From a virus, in IMG/VR virus record IMGVR_UViG_3300009082_000002, positions 43,407-107,406 of that record: a stretch of DNA of 64,000 bases. One strand, 5' to 3'. Each line of letters begins with the position of its first letter. Positions within the stretch are counted from its first letter, which is position 1. A model generated the notes under the pieces. The model saw only the letters and a program-made list of their open reading frames with translations. It did no database searches and was not told the DNA's origin. The translations under genes were made by a program, and so were the position numbers. This document shows, one piece after another, positions 25,601-33,757 of this stretch.

Positions 25601-27917
25601 CGGCGAGGGCAGCCTGGCCGATGAGTCGTGGGAGGATCGCCAGTCGTACCTGCGCAAGGTTCTGCCGAAGGATGGGAAGCATCTCATTCGCGTGGTGCCG
25701 CGGCTGGTCAACAACCGGCGCGAGTTCGATGCCGCACTCAAGGCTGCGCGTCGAGCAGTCGGCAGCGAAGGCGCGATGCTGAAGCTCGCCAATGCGCCGT
25801 ACGATCTGGAAGGCCAGACTGGCGCGTGGGCCAAGCTCAAGGACGTGTACGAGATCAAGTGTGTCGTCATCGGTGTCCGCAAGAAGATCCCGAGCGAGCA
25901 GGAGGACCCCGGCTTCAAGAAGGACCCCTCGCGCTGGAACTACGCCGGTATCAAGGAGCCCAGCGCTTTCACCTACCGCTGCGCCGTCCGTGGTGAGGGT
26001 GGCAAGCTCATCCCCATCGAGGGCGAGCGGACGTACACCGGCTCGGATCTCAAGGTGCGGTGGGTCGAGAAGGGCCAGAAGGACCCGGTGACGGGTGAGA
26101 CCGCGAGCGAGAGCGAGTGGCGCGGTACCGACGATCCGAAGCTCTGGAAGATGGGGCTCGGCTTCAACAACCGCGACGTCGGCGACACCGAGTACGGCAC
26201 GACCTACGGCACCGGAGTCGAGGCGAAGATCGGTGACGTCATCACGGTCTCTCCGGTCTTGGTCCGAGAGTGGGTCGGGGACAGCGGCCGGCGTCACTAC
26301 TCGTGGACCTTCCCCATCGTGCGCGAATCCGACCCGACACGCGACGAGCCTGACCGCGTCGAAGACCTGCGGCGCATCGCAGCGGCGAGCCGGCAGCGCG
26401 CACCGGAGAAGATGCCGAGCGAGGAAGCCGTCGAAACCGCGGCGGTGTCGAAGTCCGTCGCGAGGATCGCCCACCTGCAGAAACAGCGGCGCGGCGACCT
26501 GGACCCCGACGAGACCAAGCTCAATCGCGAGGAGGAACGCGAACGGCAGGAGAAGATCACGGGCGACCCGTACATGGTCGAGCAGAAGGCCAAGGCCAAG
26601 GCACGGTTCGTCTTGCAACAACACTATCGCGGGTTCTGGTCGCCGGACGAGCGGAAGCAACTGCGAGACGGAATCACGCGGGCTCGCGAGCTGGCCGAGT
26701 CCGACAAGAAAGATGAGGCCAAGGATCTGCTCAAGGGTCTCTGGCAGGAGTACCAACCGCTCATGCTCAAGGCCAGCATCGCAGAGATCCGCGAGGCAGC
26801 CGAGGCCGCAGACAACGCAGGCGAAGGCGAGGTCAGTCCGGCGGTTGCGCGCCGTCTATCGGAAGCGGTGCCGATGTTCGATGAGCTCGAAGGGGTCGAA
26901 GATCGGATCGTCAACCGGGGCAACGTCCACACCGACCTTCGGATGGAGTCGCCGTCCGGCGACTGGCTGATCGGCTGGACGCTGGATACGCCGAAGCTGG
27001 CCCTGCAGACGCTCGACGGGAAGGCGCATGACCTCCTCCGGTCCTACGTGATTGACAACAAGCCGGACGACAACGCGCTCGCCCAGCGCAAGCTGGTCCA
27101 GCCCGAGAACTGGCTGGCCATCGTCAACGAGAAGAAGCCGATCTACCAGACCGCTCCGGGCGACGTCGGCTCAACGCGCGGCACCGCTGGCGAGTACCAC
27201 TACATTGACTCGGGCGTTGTGATCTTCGGCGTGCAGAAGTCCGACTATCACGAGTACTTCTTCTTCCCCGAGAAGCACAAGGGCTGGGCCGGTCGGTGGG
27301 GGCTGCAGCTCATCGAGGGGAGCCCGAGCTACGCCCGCGCGCCGAGCGAGTTCTGGATGGCCAACCGGCCGAAGGAAACGCAGACCCCCTACATCCAGAC
27401 GCACGACCTCGACGAGGAGGAGAAGAAGGCCAAGACCGACAAGATCGACCTCGTGTGGAACCCCGACACGGTCGAGGCACTGAAGGCGGTCGGGTACGAA
27501 TCGCTCGCCGACGTGTCGAAGTCCGCTGGCGGCGAGCTTGAACCGATCAGCGTCAACGTCCGAATCGTGAAGGCGGCGAAGGAGGAGCGGTACGTTCTCG
27601 GCGTTGTGATGAAACCGGATGACGTCGACGCCCACGGAGAGATTACCACGGCAGCCGAGATCAGGAAGGCTGCCCACAATTTTCTTGTCAATGGTCCGAA
27701 GATCGGCTATCAACATGAAGAGACACCTGGAGGTCTGATCTTGATCGAGAGCTTCCTGGCCCCCGCAGAGTTCAAGCTCGGTGGCGAGACGATCACTGTT
27801 GGCACCTGGCTCATCGCGGTTCGCGTGAACAACGACAAGGTGTGGAAGGCCGTCAAGGAAGGGAAGATCACCGGCTTCAGCATCGAAGGTTACGCAAAGA
27901 AAGTGCCGCTCGAATAG
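22629..27917 (+). CDS. prohead protease polyprotein: His-rich/ASCH-like + Dam MTase + nucleotidyltransferase-like + Dam MTase + ATP-dependent DNA ligase + LigD-PE-like + XkdF-type protease
   Basis: Two EPFAG..DPPY sets; LVGSVV..HDIDLLV; ligase ETKFDG, LDAEV, FDVL, EGAMLK, WAKLK; RFVLQQH..HTDLRME; protease DAHGE..GYQH..ESFLAP..TGFSIEG; AGGAGG SD. Confidence 0.85.
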   Translation: MKIKDISPTSLRGVKDQELLSLHLRTHQLYGANFGPDAPPERGYRDDTGDTAKDGLRLDEETARKIWRGEVKAVTFSDDPGDVERALFLLSPGFAYGIIRLDETDTDDHKYKVDYFRAFEVPLTFKGTGDGLLVTGVEITSEESPLSLEDLVHAHQFILDEMNRRKMRHQWASQLDDETSPGEEIEKATGPFKRWGGSAQYAAKIAKYVPANAGAYIEPFAGAASVFFSLTDTPRKRVLADLDPELVHAFKMIQGAAKNGLIKALEKKDRVVSEKQWQKLRHRIPSGDVERVHRFLYLLGGSWSGVRSGARPNKKRVGQISYDPKRLEKFIKPLQGVTLKNQNWQKTLKDNDAPDAFFFIDPPYPGEWDKNADDTGTDGKQFDVEALVEAMKDLKGGWLLVLGDTKTQTDALAKLEKEAGASRFKIQLSEAASSGGHKEAYRYFAMRPLQSRVRKADDVGVSRDQVLDLMEEAGSFVVVPSYVSLVGSVVTGEDDQSAHDIDLLVRDDEIDSKVGLKLDRLFPASMRDKVHYIPDPQGPNWDHLPLYDLVLRKRSALEVVEVDEPEYHPFLSGDVRRYGEQVAKGKFTIVRGIWGSPGGKAFLAKRIATVIPPHKIYVEPFAGGGAVLFAKPPVEKEVVNDLDSEIAFAWRFVSKVTDDQLDALRKMNWVASGKLFAKLRDMKPPSDPVERFHRFMYLYRWSINGNREKTHTMPPTYEGLRQQAVEAVERCRERVHGLIVRSADYEKVIDEFDSKDTFFFIDPPYKHYDAQLTEEKKQEDFDEERFVEVLKKIKGKFLVTYGIRSGTDLFKGFTVQRWQHRGRPGPAVGGKFQKVTTLMVSNYPLPQRTRKAKVGLMQPFTPLKAKGGYHQGEFFEADPLWDLWAGPAIKDGKTVAVETKFDGIRMVIHKEGDNVAIYTEDKKRDRASILPDLADEVRKLTVENVILDAEVVWWKGSKPLARHDMMALVVGKDPIKGEDIRANVFDVLWFGGEGSLADESWEDRQSYLRKVLPKDGKHLIRVVPRLVNNRREFDAALKAARRAVGSEGAMLKLANAPYDLEGQTGAWAKLKDVYEIKCVVIGVRKKIPSEQEDPGFKKDPSRWNYAGIKEPSAFTYRCAVRGEGGKLIPIEGERTYTGSDLKVRWVEKGQKDPVTGETASESEWRGTDDPKLWKMGLGFNNRDVGDTEYGTTYGTGVEAKIGDVITVSPVLVREWVGDSGRRHYSWTFPIVRESDPTRDEPDRVEDLRRIAAASRQRAPEKMPSEEAVETAAVSKSVARIAHLQKQRRGDLDPDETKLNREEERERQEKITGDPYMVEQKAKAKARFVLQQHYRGFWSPDERKQLRDGITRARELAESDKKDEAKDLLKGLWQEYQPLMLKASIAEIREAAEAADNAGEGEVSPAVARRLSEAVPMFDELEGVEDRIVNRGNVHTDLRMESPSGDWLIGWTLDTPKLALQTLDGKAHDLLRSYVIDNKPDDNALAQRKLVQPENWLAIVNEKKPIYQTAPGDVGSTRGTAGEYHYIDSGVVIFGVQKSDYHEYFFFPEKHKGWAGRWGLQLIEGSPSYARAPSEFWMANRPKETQTPYIQTHDLDEEEKKAKTDKIDLVWNPDTVEALKAVGYESLADVSKSAGGELEPISVNVRIVKAAKEERYVLGVVMKPDDVDAHGEITTAAEIRKAAHNFLVNGPKIGYQHEETPGGLILIESFLAPAEFKLGGETITVGTWLIAVRVNNDKVWKAVKEGKITGFSIEGYAKKVPLE

Positions 27918-27932
27918 CGGTCGGGATGGGCG

Positions 27933-28946
27933 ATGTCGAAGAAGGCCGAGCGCGAACTCAAGGACATCGTGGTCACGAATGTGGACCTTGTGGACCGCGC
28001 CGCGAACGAGGAACAATTCGCAGTCGTGAAACGGAAGGAGGGCCGAGGGATGGCCGACAAGACCAAGGTGAAGAAGGACGAAGAGACCGAGGAGGAGAAG
28101 GTGGCCGGCGAGGTGGCAGGCGCCGCCGAGACCGAGACCGACACGGAGGCCAGCACCGATGAAGGCGGCGACGACAAGAGCGCGGTCGCCAAGACGGCCG
28201 AGGCCGTCACGGGCCTGACCGCGCGGCTCGACTCGCTCCTCGACCACCTGGAGAAGAAGGGCAAGACCTCGAAGCAGGACGAGGACGAGGAGGACGTCAC
28301 GAAGGCGGACGGGATCAAGATGGCCAAGGACGCGCTCGCTGCGGCCCTCGTCGTCAAGAACCTGCCGGCCGACGCGAAGGCCAAGATCGAGTCGGCAATC
28401 GCCCTGCTCGACAAGATGAAGGCCAACGGCTACGGCTACCCGAAGCCGACCGAGGCCAAGAAGTCCGAGAGCGTCGTCGGCGACGCCGAGGCCGTGGCCA
28501 AGGCCGGTCGCATCCTGTCGAAGGCCAACCTCGGCAAGCTCCAGACCGCGGCCAAGGCCATGAACGACGCGACCGAGACGATCACATCCATGCTCAAGCA
28601 GGCGATGGGCACGACCGACGAGGAGGAGGACGAGGAGGCCAAGTCGAAGACGAAGAAGGCCAAGGCCAAGAAGCAGGACGACGAGGAGGACGAGACCGAC
28701 GTCGAGGCCAAGAAGGCCAAGGGCAAGAAGGCCGAGAAGGCCGAGGACGAGGACGAGGAGGTCAAGAAGTCGCTACTCGCGATCTCCGACAGCCTCACCA
28801 AGATCAGCAAGCGGCTCGACGACGCCGAGGCCGCCGTGGGGATCACCAAGTCCCTCGGCGACGGCGAGGATGCTCCCGAAGGCGAGACGGTCAAGAAGTC
28901 GCAAGGCGGCCTGTGGGCCGGACTCGGCCTGGTGCCGGGGCGCTAG
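27933..28946 (+). CDS. capsid scaffolding protein with N-terminal protease-like segment (internal start 28050)
   Basis: K/E/D/A-rich; between protease and MCP; repeated VxK[AS]; N-terminal RELKDIVVTNVDLVDRAAN. Confidence 0.75.
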   Translation: MSKKAERELKDIVVTNVDLVDRAANEEQFAVVKRKEGRGMADKTKVKKDEETEEEKVAGEVAGAAETETDTEASTDEGGDDKSAVAKTAEAVTGLTARLDSLLDHLEKKGKTSKQDEDEEDVTKADGIKMAKDALAAALVVKNLPADAKAKIESAIALLDKMKANGYGYPKPTEAKKSESVVGDAEAVAKAGRILSKANLGKLQTAAKAMNDATETITSMLKQAMGTTDEEEDEEAKSKTKKAKAKKQDDEEDETDVEAKKAKGKKAEKAEDEDEEVKKSLLAISDSLTKISKRLDDAEAAVGITKSLGDGEDAPEGETVKKSQGGLWAGLGLVPGR

Positions 28947-29021
28947 CAGCAAGGACAACCGACGCGTTGACCGCGTAGGAAGAACCGGGTGAAGGAACCC
29001 ACGAGAGAAGGAGGCAGGAAT

Positions 29022-30230
29022 ATGCCGGCAGTGACCAACAGAGAGGCGCTCAAGAAGGCGGTCATCACGACGGACTCGATCACGACCGCCGGGAAGCTCA
29101 ACCCCCTCCAGGCGGATCGGTTCATCGACTTCGTCTGGGACGTGACCAAGCTCAAGGGGCACGTGCGGACCGTCAAGTTCCGCAACGACGAGATGTACAT
29201 CGACAAGGTCGGGGTCGGCACTCGCGTCGCGGTGCCGAAGGTCGAGGCCGTGGACCCGGGTGTCCGGCGCGGCATCACGACCTCGCGCGTGACGCTGAAG
29301 CCGTCCGAGGTCATGTGCCCCTTCGAGATCAGCTACGAGATGCTCGACGAGAACCTGGAAGGCGAGGCCTTCGCCGAGCACCTGGTCAAGATGTTCGCCA
29401 CGCAGTTCGGCAACGACATGGAGGAGCTGTGCATCAACGGCGATGCGCTGGGCCCGGCAGTCCTCCAGTCCGAGTACGTGGCCGGCGGCAGCGCGACCAA
29501 GTACGTCAAGGACGCGTACCTCGCGCTTCACGACGGCTGGCTGACCCTCGCGCGGCAGGGGCACGGTGTCGACTTCGCCGGGGCCAACGTGAGCAACCGC
29601 CTCTTCAGCCGACTGATCAACGCCCTGCCCGAGAAGTTCAAGAAGGACCGGACCAAGCTCCGCTTCTTCTGCTCCACGGACTTCGAGCAGAACTACCGCG
29701 AGAAGGTGGCCGCCCGGGCGACCGGCAAGGGTGACGTGGCGCTGATGAGCGAGATGCCGCTGACGCCCTTCGGCGTGCCGCTCATCGCGGTGCCGCTGCT
29801 GCCCTTCCAGCCGAAGGTGGTCCAGCACATCGTCCTGACCGGCACCACGGCGACCGCGCTCCTCTTCAAGGATGTGACCAGCGTGGTCGTGACGACCTCG
29901 ACCCTGGACGCCACCCCCGAGGATGCGTACACCGAGGGCGCGGGTGGTGACTACGTGCTGGATGCGGTCAACGGCACCATCGCTCGGACCGCCGGCTCGA
30001 CCATCGGTTCCGGCGCGACCGTGAAGGTGACCTACAACGCCGAGGCCCAGGTCATCTGCACGCACGAGAGCAACTTCATCATGGCGCTCGGCCGTGACTC
30101 GATCCGGCTGGAGACGGACCGGGACATCTTCAAGTCCACGCTCCAGTACTCGCTGACCGCCAAGATCGACTGCGAGTTCGAAGAGGCCGATGCGATCAGC
30201 TTCGGCTACAACATCGGGCTCGACGTCTAG
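29022..30230 (+). CDS. major capsid protein (HK97 fold, XkdG-like) with inserted beta domain
   Basis: AGKLNPLQADRFID, LDENLEG, NDMEELCINGD, LPEKF; AAGGAGG SD; strong codon bias. Confidence 0.9.
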   Translation: MPAVTNREALKKAVITTDSITTAGKLNPLQADRFIDFVWDVTKLKGHVRTVKFRNDEMYIDKVGVGTRVAVPKVEAVDPGVRRGITTSRVTLKPSEVMCPFEISYEMLDENLEGEAFAEHLVKMFATQFGNDMEELCINGDALGPAVLQSEYVAGGSATKYVKDAYLALHDGWLTLARQGHGVDFAGANVSNRLFSRLINALPEKFKKDRTKLRFFCSTDFEQNYREKVAARATGKGDVALMSEMPLTPFGVPLIAVPLLPFQPKVVQHIVLTGTTATALLFKDVTSVVVTTSTLDATPEDAYTEGAGGDYVLDAVNGTIARTAGSTIGSGATVKVTYNAEAQVICTHESNFIMALGRDSIRLETDRDIFKSTLQYSLTAKIDCEFEEADAISFGYNIGLDV

Positions 30231-30333
30231 TCGGCCAGTGCTGCTCGACTGCTAGTGCTCGACGCGGGAGCGGCCTGGTGACGGGCCGCTCCCGCTCTGC
30301 TCTTTCAACTGCCAGACGAGGAGGAGGAACCTC

Positions 30334-30837
30334 ATGGCCACGCGCAAGCCCAAGTCAGGGGCAAAGAAGAAGCCTGCTGCCAAGGCGAGCAAGCCCGAGA
30401 AGCCCGAGTGCTACGGCGACGCCGAGAAGCTGGACCCGTCCGATCTTGACTGTCTGGAATGCGACACCTTCGAGGCCTGCTCGGACGCGGTTTCGCTTTC
30501 ACAGGTTCCAGAGCCCGAGTCCGAGCCCGAGCCCGAGCTCGAGGACGAAACCCAGGCCGAGCCGGAGCCGAAGCCAGAGCCGAAGCCGAGCGCGATCACC
30601 ACGAGCGATCTTCCGCCGAAGCCGGGTGCACCGCGCCGCGCACGCCCGCCGGTTGATCCGATGTCGGGCGTGAAGCCGCCGGAGCATGGCGCCGTCGTCA
30701 TGCTCCTCGTCGGCGCCAGCGATTCTCTGGCCGGAGGCCAGCGGTTCGTCAGGAACAAGCCGGTCACGATCTATGACCAGCGGCTCATCGCCTGCCTCGA
30801 AGGTAACCCGCGGTACTCCGTCGTGACGAAGAAGTAG
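30334..30837 (+). CDS. hypothetical head-associated protein with Cys motif and EP-rich linker
   Basis: CYG..DCLECDTFEAC; (EP)n; GGAGG SD. Confidence 0.6.
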   Translation: MATRKPKSGAKKKPAAKASKPEKPECYGDAEKLDPSDLDCLECDTFEACSDAVSLSQVPEPESEPEPELEDETQAEPEPKPEPKPSAITTSDLPPKPGAPRRARPPVDPMSGVKPPEHGAVVMLLVGASDSLAGGQRFVRNKPVTIYDQRLIACLEGNPRYSVVTKK

Positions 30838-30847
30838 GGAGGCGGCC

Positions 30848-31270
30848 ATGACCATGACCTGGAAAGTCCGCACGAAGAAGCGCGGTCTGCACATGGTCGA
30901 GATCGGCAAGCGCAAGCTGCCGCTCGTCGGTGGTCGCTGGGTCCGCGTCTCCGAGGACGATCTGACGGAGCTGCGCGAGCATCCCGACTCCGCGAGCTTC
31001 GAGTTCAAGAAGCTGGCCAGCCCGCCGCAGGTCAAGCCGCAGGCGAAGCCGCAGCGGCCGACGCCCAAGCCCGCGCTCAAGGTCAAGCCCGCGCCCGAGC
31101 CGCCGCAGAGCCCGTCGCCAGAGGATTCCGCAGAGGCGAAGGCCGTAGACCAGGAGCGCAGACAGTCGCACCTGCATGACGACGGCGCGAAGGAGTCGCG
31201 GAAGAAGCGCGGCCGGAAGCCAACGTCAGATAGCGGCGACGAGGGTGCCGAGAGCTGCGAGGGCGAGTAG
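30848..31270 (+). CDS. hypothetical protein with Pro/Lys-rich tail
   Basis: GGAGG SD. Confidence 0.55.
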   Translation: MTMTWKVRTKKRGLHMVEIGKRKLPLVGGRWVRVSEDDLTELREHPDSASFEFKKLASPPQVKPQAKPQRPTPKPALKVKPAPEPPQSPSPEDSAEAKAVDQERRQSHLHDDGAKESRKKRGRKPTSDSGDEGAESCEGE

Positions 31271-31295
31271 CTCGCCGCTCGCCCCGGGGGCGGCC

Positions 31296-31694
31296 GTGCT
31301 GAAGGTTAACTGTCGCGACGGCCGGACGCTCACCTTCGATCTCCTCGATGATCGTGGGCACGAGGACTGGCTGCGCTACCAGCGCGATCTCAATTTCCAG
31401 TCGCAGATCACAGCGGCAGGGATTCTCCACGATGGCACGCTTCACGCGCTGCCGCTTCCGGCTGGCTTCCGGCATCCCGTCTTCGAGGCCGACGTCCTCA
31501 CTCGGGCGAACGGAGGTGGAGAGCAGAGAGTTGCAGGCGAGTGGCTCGCCTGCTACGCTGATCAGGTGAAGTTCACGCTGACGGTCTACTACGGAACGCG
31601 GCCGAAGGTGGTGAGGTTCAGTGGTGCGAAGGTGGGGAAGATGCGCTACAATCCGGCCATCCATGGCCCGGTGAAGGAAGGAGACAGACAATGA
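31296..31694 (+). CDS. hypothetical protein
   Basis: Start uncertain; ATGA overlap with the next gene. Confidence 0.5.
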   Translation: MLKVNCRDGRTLTFDLLDDRGHEDWLRYQRDLNFQSQITAAGILHDGTLHALPLPAGFRHPVFEADVLTRANGGGEQRVAGEWLACYADQVKFTLTVYYGTRPKVVRFSGAKVGKMRYNPAIHGPVKEGDRQ

Positions 31695-32167
31695 CCGTTT
31701 ACAGATACGAGGGCGGCACGCCCCACCTCGACGACCCGCGCCAGCTCGAACCGGACGCAGGATCTGCCGAGGGGCATCCCATCCAGGCGCCGAAGATCAA
31801 GACCAAGCAGGGCCAGCTCTCGGGCGTGCTCGTCACGGTCGGCGCTGTGCTGGAGCTGAACCCGCTGGAGTTCAGGGGCAAGATCGTCAGGCTCCAGGTC
31901 GAGCAGACTGCCGGCAGCGCGGCGAACTACACGGTTGCTCTGTTCACGCAGGACCCGGCCGCGACCACGTTCCACGACTTCGACACTGCGTATCCGGCCA
32001 CGTCCTTCGCGGTTGCCAGCGATCCGGTCGACGTGCCCGTGGACAAGGTGTACGAGAATCAGGATGCTCCGACGATGAAGCGTTCACTCTACGTTCAGAT
32101 CATCCCTGACGACAGCGCCACGCCGAACGACTACGACATCCGCGTGACCGTCGAACAGCGGGTCTGA
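31691..32167 (+). CDS. putative virion structural protein
   Basis: AAGGAG SD; beta-rich composition; position in the head module. Confidence 0.55.
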   Translation: MTVYRYEGGTPHLDDPRQLEPDAGSAEGHPIQAPKIKTKQGQLSGVLVTVGAVLELNPLEFRGKIVRLQVEQTAGSAANYTVALFTQDPAATTFHDFDTAYPATSFAVASDPVDVPVDKVYENQDAPTMKRSLYVQIIPDDSATPNDYDIRVTVEQRV

Positions 32168-32173
32168 TGATCG

Positions 32174-32677
32174 ATGCGCCTTGCACTCGCGACCGATGGC
32201 CGCTCACACGATGGTCTCGTGGTCGGGGTTCATGATCACCACGCACAGCCAGCAATGTTCTCATTCTCGAACACCTCGCAGAGTCTTCCGCCCGGCACAA
32301 CTTACGATCTGGACGTTGCGCTCGGCCGTGACGACTACCAGCTCGCGACGATCCACATGATCGGGGCGCGACGCTATCCATCGACGACGAACTGGTACGA
32401 GACGGCTTGTGTGTACGCCACGAGAGTCGCCGCCGAGGCTATTGCTCGGAGTGCACGAGGCGTCGGCTACAGGCAGAGCTACGTCTCCCAGTACTCAAAG
32501 TTCGCTGGAGACGCGTATCTCACGCACAAGATTTTTGACTCGAATACTACCGAGGCGAACATCTACATCGCGCTCCAGGACGCGGTGCTCACGGGCTCCG
32601 TGCTGCGGCTGACGTTCAAGAACTTCTACGGAGGGAGCGCGACCCTCTGGGTGAAGGGCGAGGCGCTGCTGCGATGA
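32174..32677 (+). CDS. putative virion protein, tandem paralog 1 of 3
   Basis: MRL start, H..HH, YSK..LTH, IALQD. Confidence 0.65.
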   Translation: MRLALATDGRSHDGLVVGVHDHHAQPAMFSFSNTSQSLPPGTTYDLDVALGRDDYQLATIHMIGARRYPSTTNWYETACVYATRVAAEAIARSARGVGYRQSYVSQYSKFAGDAYLTHKIFDSNTTEANIYIALQDAVLTGSVLRLTFKNFYGGSATLWVKGEALLR

Positions 32678-33162
32678 GACTTAACGGACGCCAGATCGTG
32701 ACCGACCACGACCTGATGCTGAATCAGGGGCCGGATGACCACCACAACCAGGCCACGAGCTACACGATCCTCGTCAACTCTCTATCGATCGCTCCGGGCG
32801 CGTACCAGTACCGGGTGTCAGTTGGCCTCGGGTTCAAGTGCGTCGAGACGAGTCTGCGAGGCCCCGAACTCGTGGACATCCAGGGCGCCGTTGGATTCTG
32901 GGGCGTGGCGACGGACACGGCCGGTCAGAGCGGCGGCGAGAGCATCCGACCCTACGGAGGCGGCTACTACACGTCGTACATGGGCGCATATTCCCGGCTC
33001 CACGGCGACAGCTACCTGACTCACGCCGGTCAGTTCGGGACGGGGATCTCACTGCGGGATCTCTGGTACGACTCTGCGACGGGCGAAGTGGTTCACGAGT
33101 TCTACAATCATGCCCTAGTGAATCGCAACTTGACCGTTCACGGCACTGGTCTGGTGAAGTAG
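32674..33162 (+). CDS. putative virion protein, tandem paralog 2 of 3
   Basis: MRL start, H..HH, YSR..LTH, ISLRD. Confidence 0.65.
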   Translation: MRLNGRQIVTDHDLMLNQGPDDHHNQATSYTILVNSLSIAPGAYQYRVSVGLGFKCVETSLRGPELVDIQGAVGFWGVATDTAGQSGGESIRPYGGGYYTSYMGAYSRLHGDSYLTHAGQFGTGISLRDLWYDSATGEVVHEFYNHALVNRNLTVHGTGLVK

Positions 33163-33684
33163 ATGCGCCTCGCGGACCCGCGCCAGCATCCGGCAGTTCA
33201 CGCGGCGTTGACGGGCGTGCTGCCCGAGCAGCACCACATCCGTCCGAGCAACGTGGAGACGTCGAACACGTCGCTGGTCGTGCCGCCGCTTCCGGGCGGC
33301 CCTGGCGTCTGGGACATCTCTGTGCCCTATGACGCTCTCGTAGTCGCATTCTACTTCCGGTCTGCGCTCACCGTGGACGACGGCGGGGGCAAGGCGGGTG
33401 TCAGTGGTATTGCGACTCGAAGCCAGCTCCAGACGACAGCGCTCTCGCATGGTGGTGACTCGACGACGGCGATGACTGCGCGCAACGCCTGGTATAGCAA
33501 GGTCGCCGCTGCACTGAACCTTTCACACAAGGTCTTCAGCTCGGTGGGCGACGCCATCGCGTTGACCGACGCCTGGCTCTACGCGACTGGGCCGAGTACG
33601 CGAGTGCTTCGGACCTACTGGACGAACTACGGCGTGGCACTGAAGACGCTGAACTGCTGGGCTGAAATCGCGGTGCTCGGATGA
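33163..33684 (+). CDS. putative virion protein, tandem paralog 3 of 3
   Basis: MRL start, H..HH, YSK..LSH, IALTD. Confidence 0.65.
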   Translation: MRLADPRQHPAVHAALTGVLPEQHHIRPSNVETSNTSLVVPPLPGGPGVWDISVPYDALVVAFYFRSALTVDDGGGKAGVSGIATRSQLQTTALSHGGDSTTAMTARNAWYSKVAAALNLSHKVFSSVGDAIALTDAWLYATGPSTRVLRTYWTNYGVALKTLNCWAEIAVLG

Positions 33685-33757
33685 GAGGGAACTTGACAGA
33701 GCAATTTTATGTTACGAGCGACGGTCTGGAATTGTACGCCTGTCTGTGGGTAAGCGG

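Noticed and set aside
22629-27917. Inteins explaining the size of the polyprotein
   Set aside because: No C/S...HN-C/S/T splice junctions or LAGLIDADG motifs seen at the domain borders
33693-33720. TTGACA upstream of the glycosyltransferase (also at 63616)
   Set aside because: No -10 hexamer at 16-18 nt spacing
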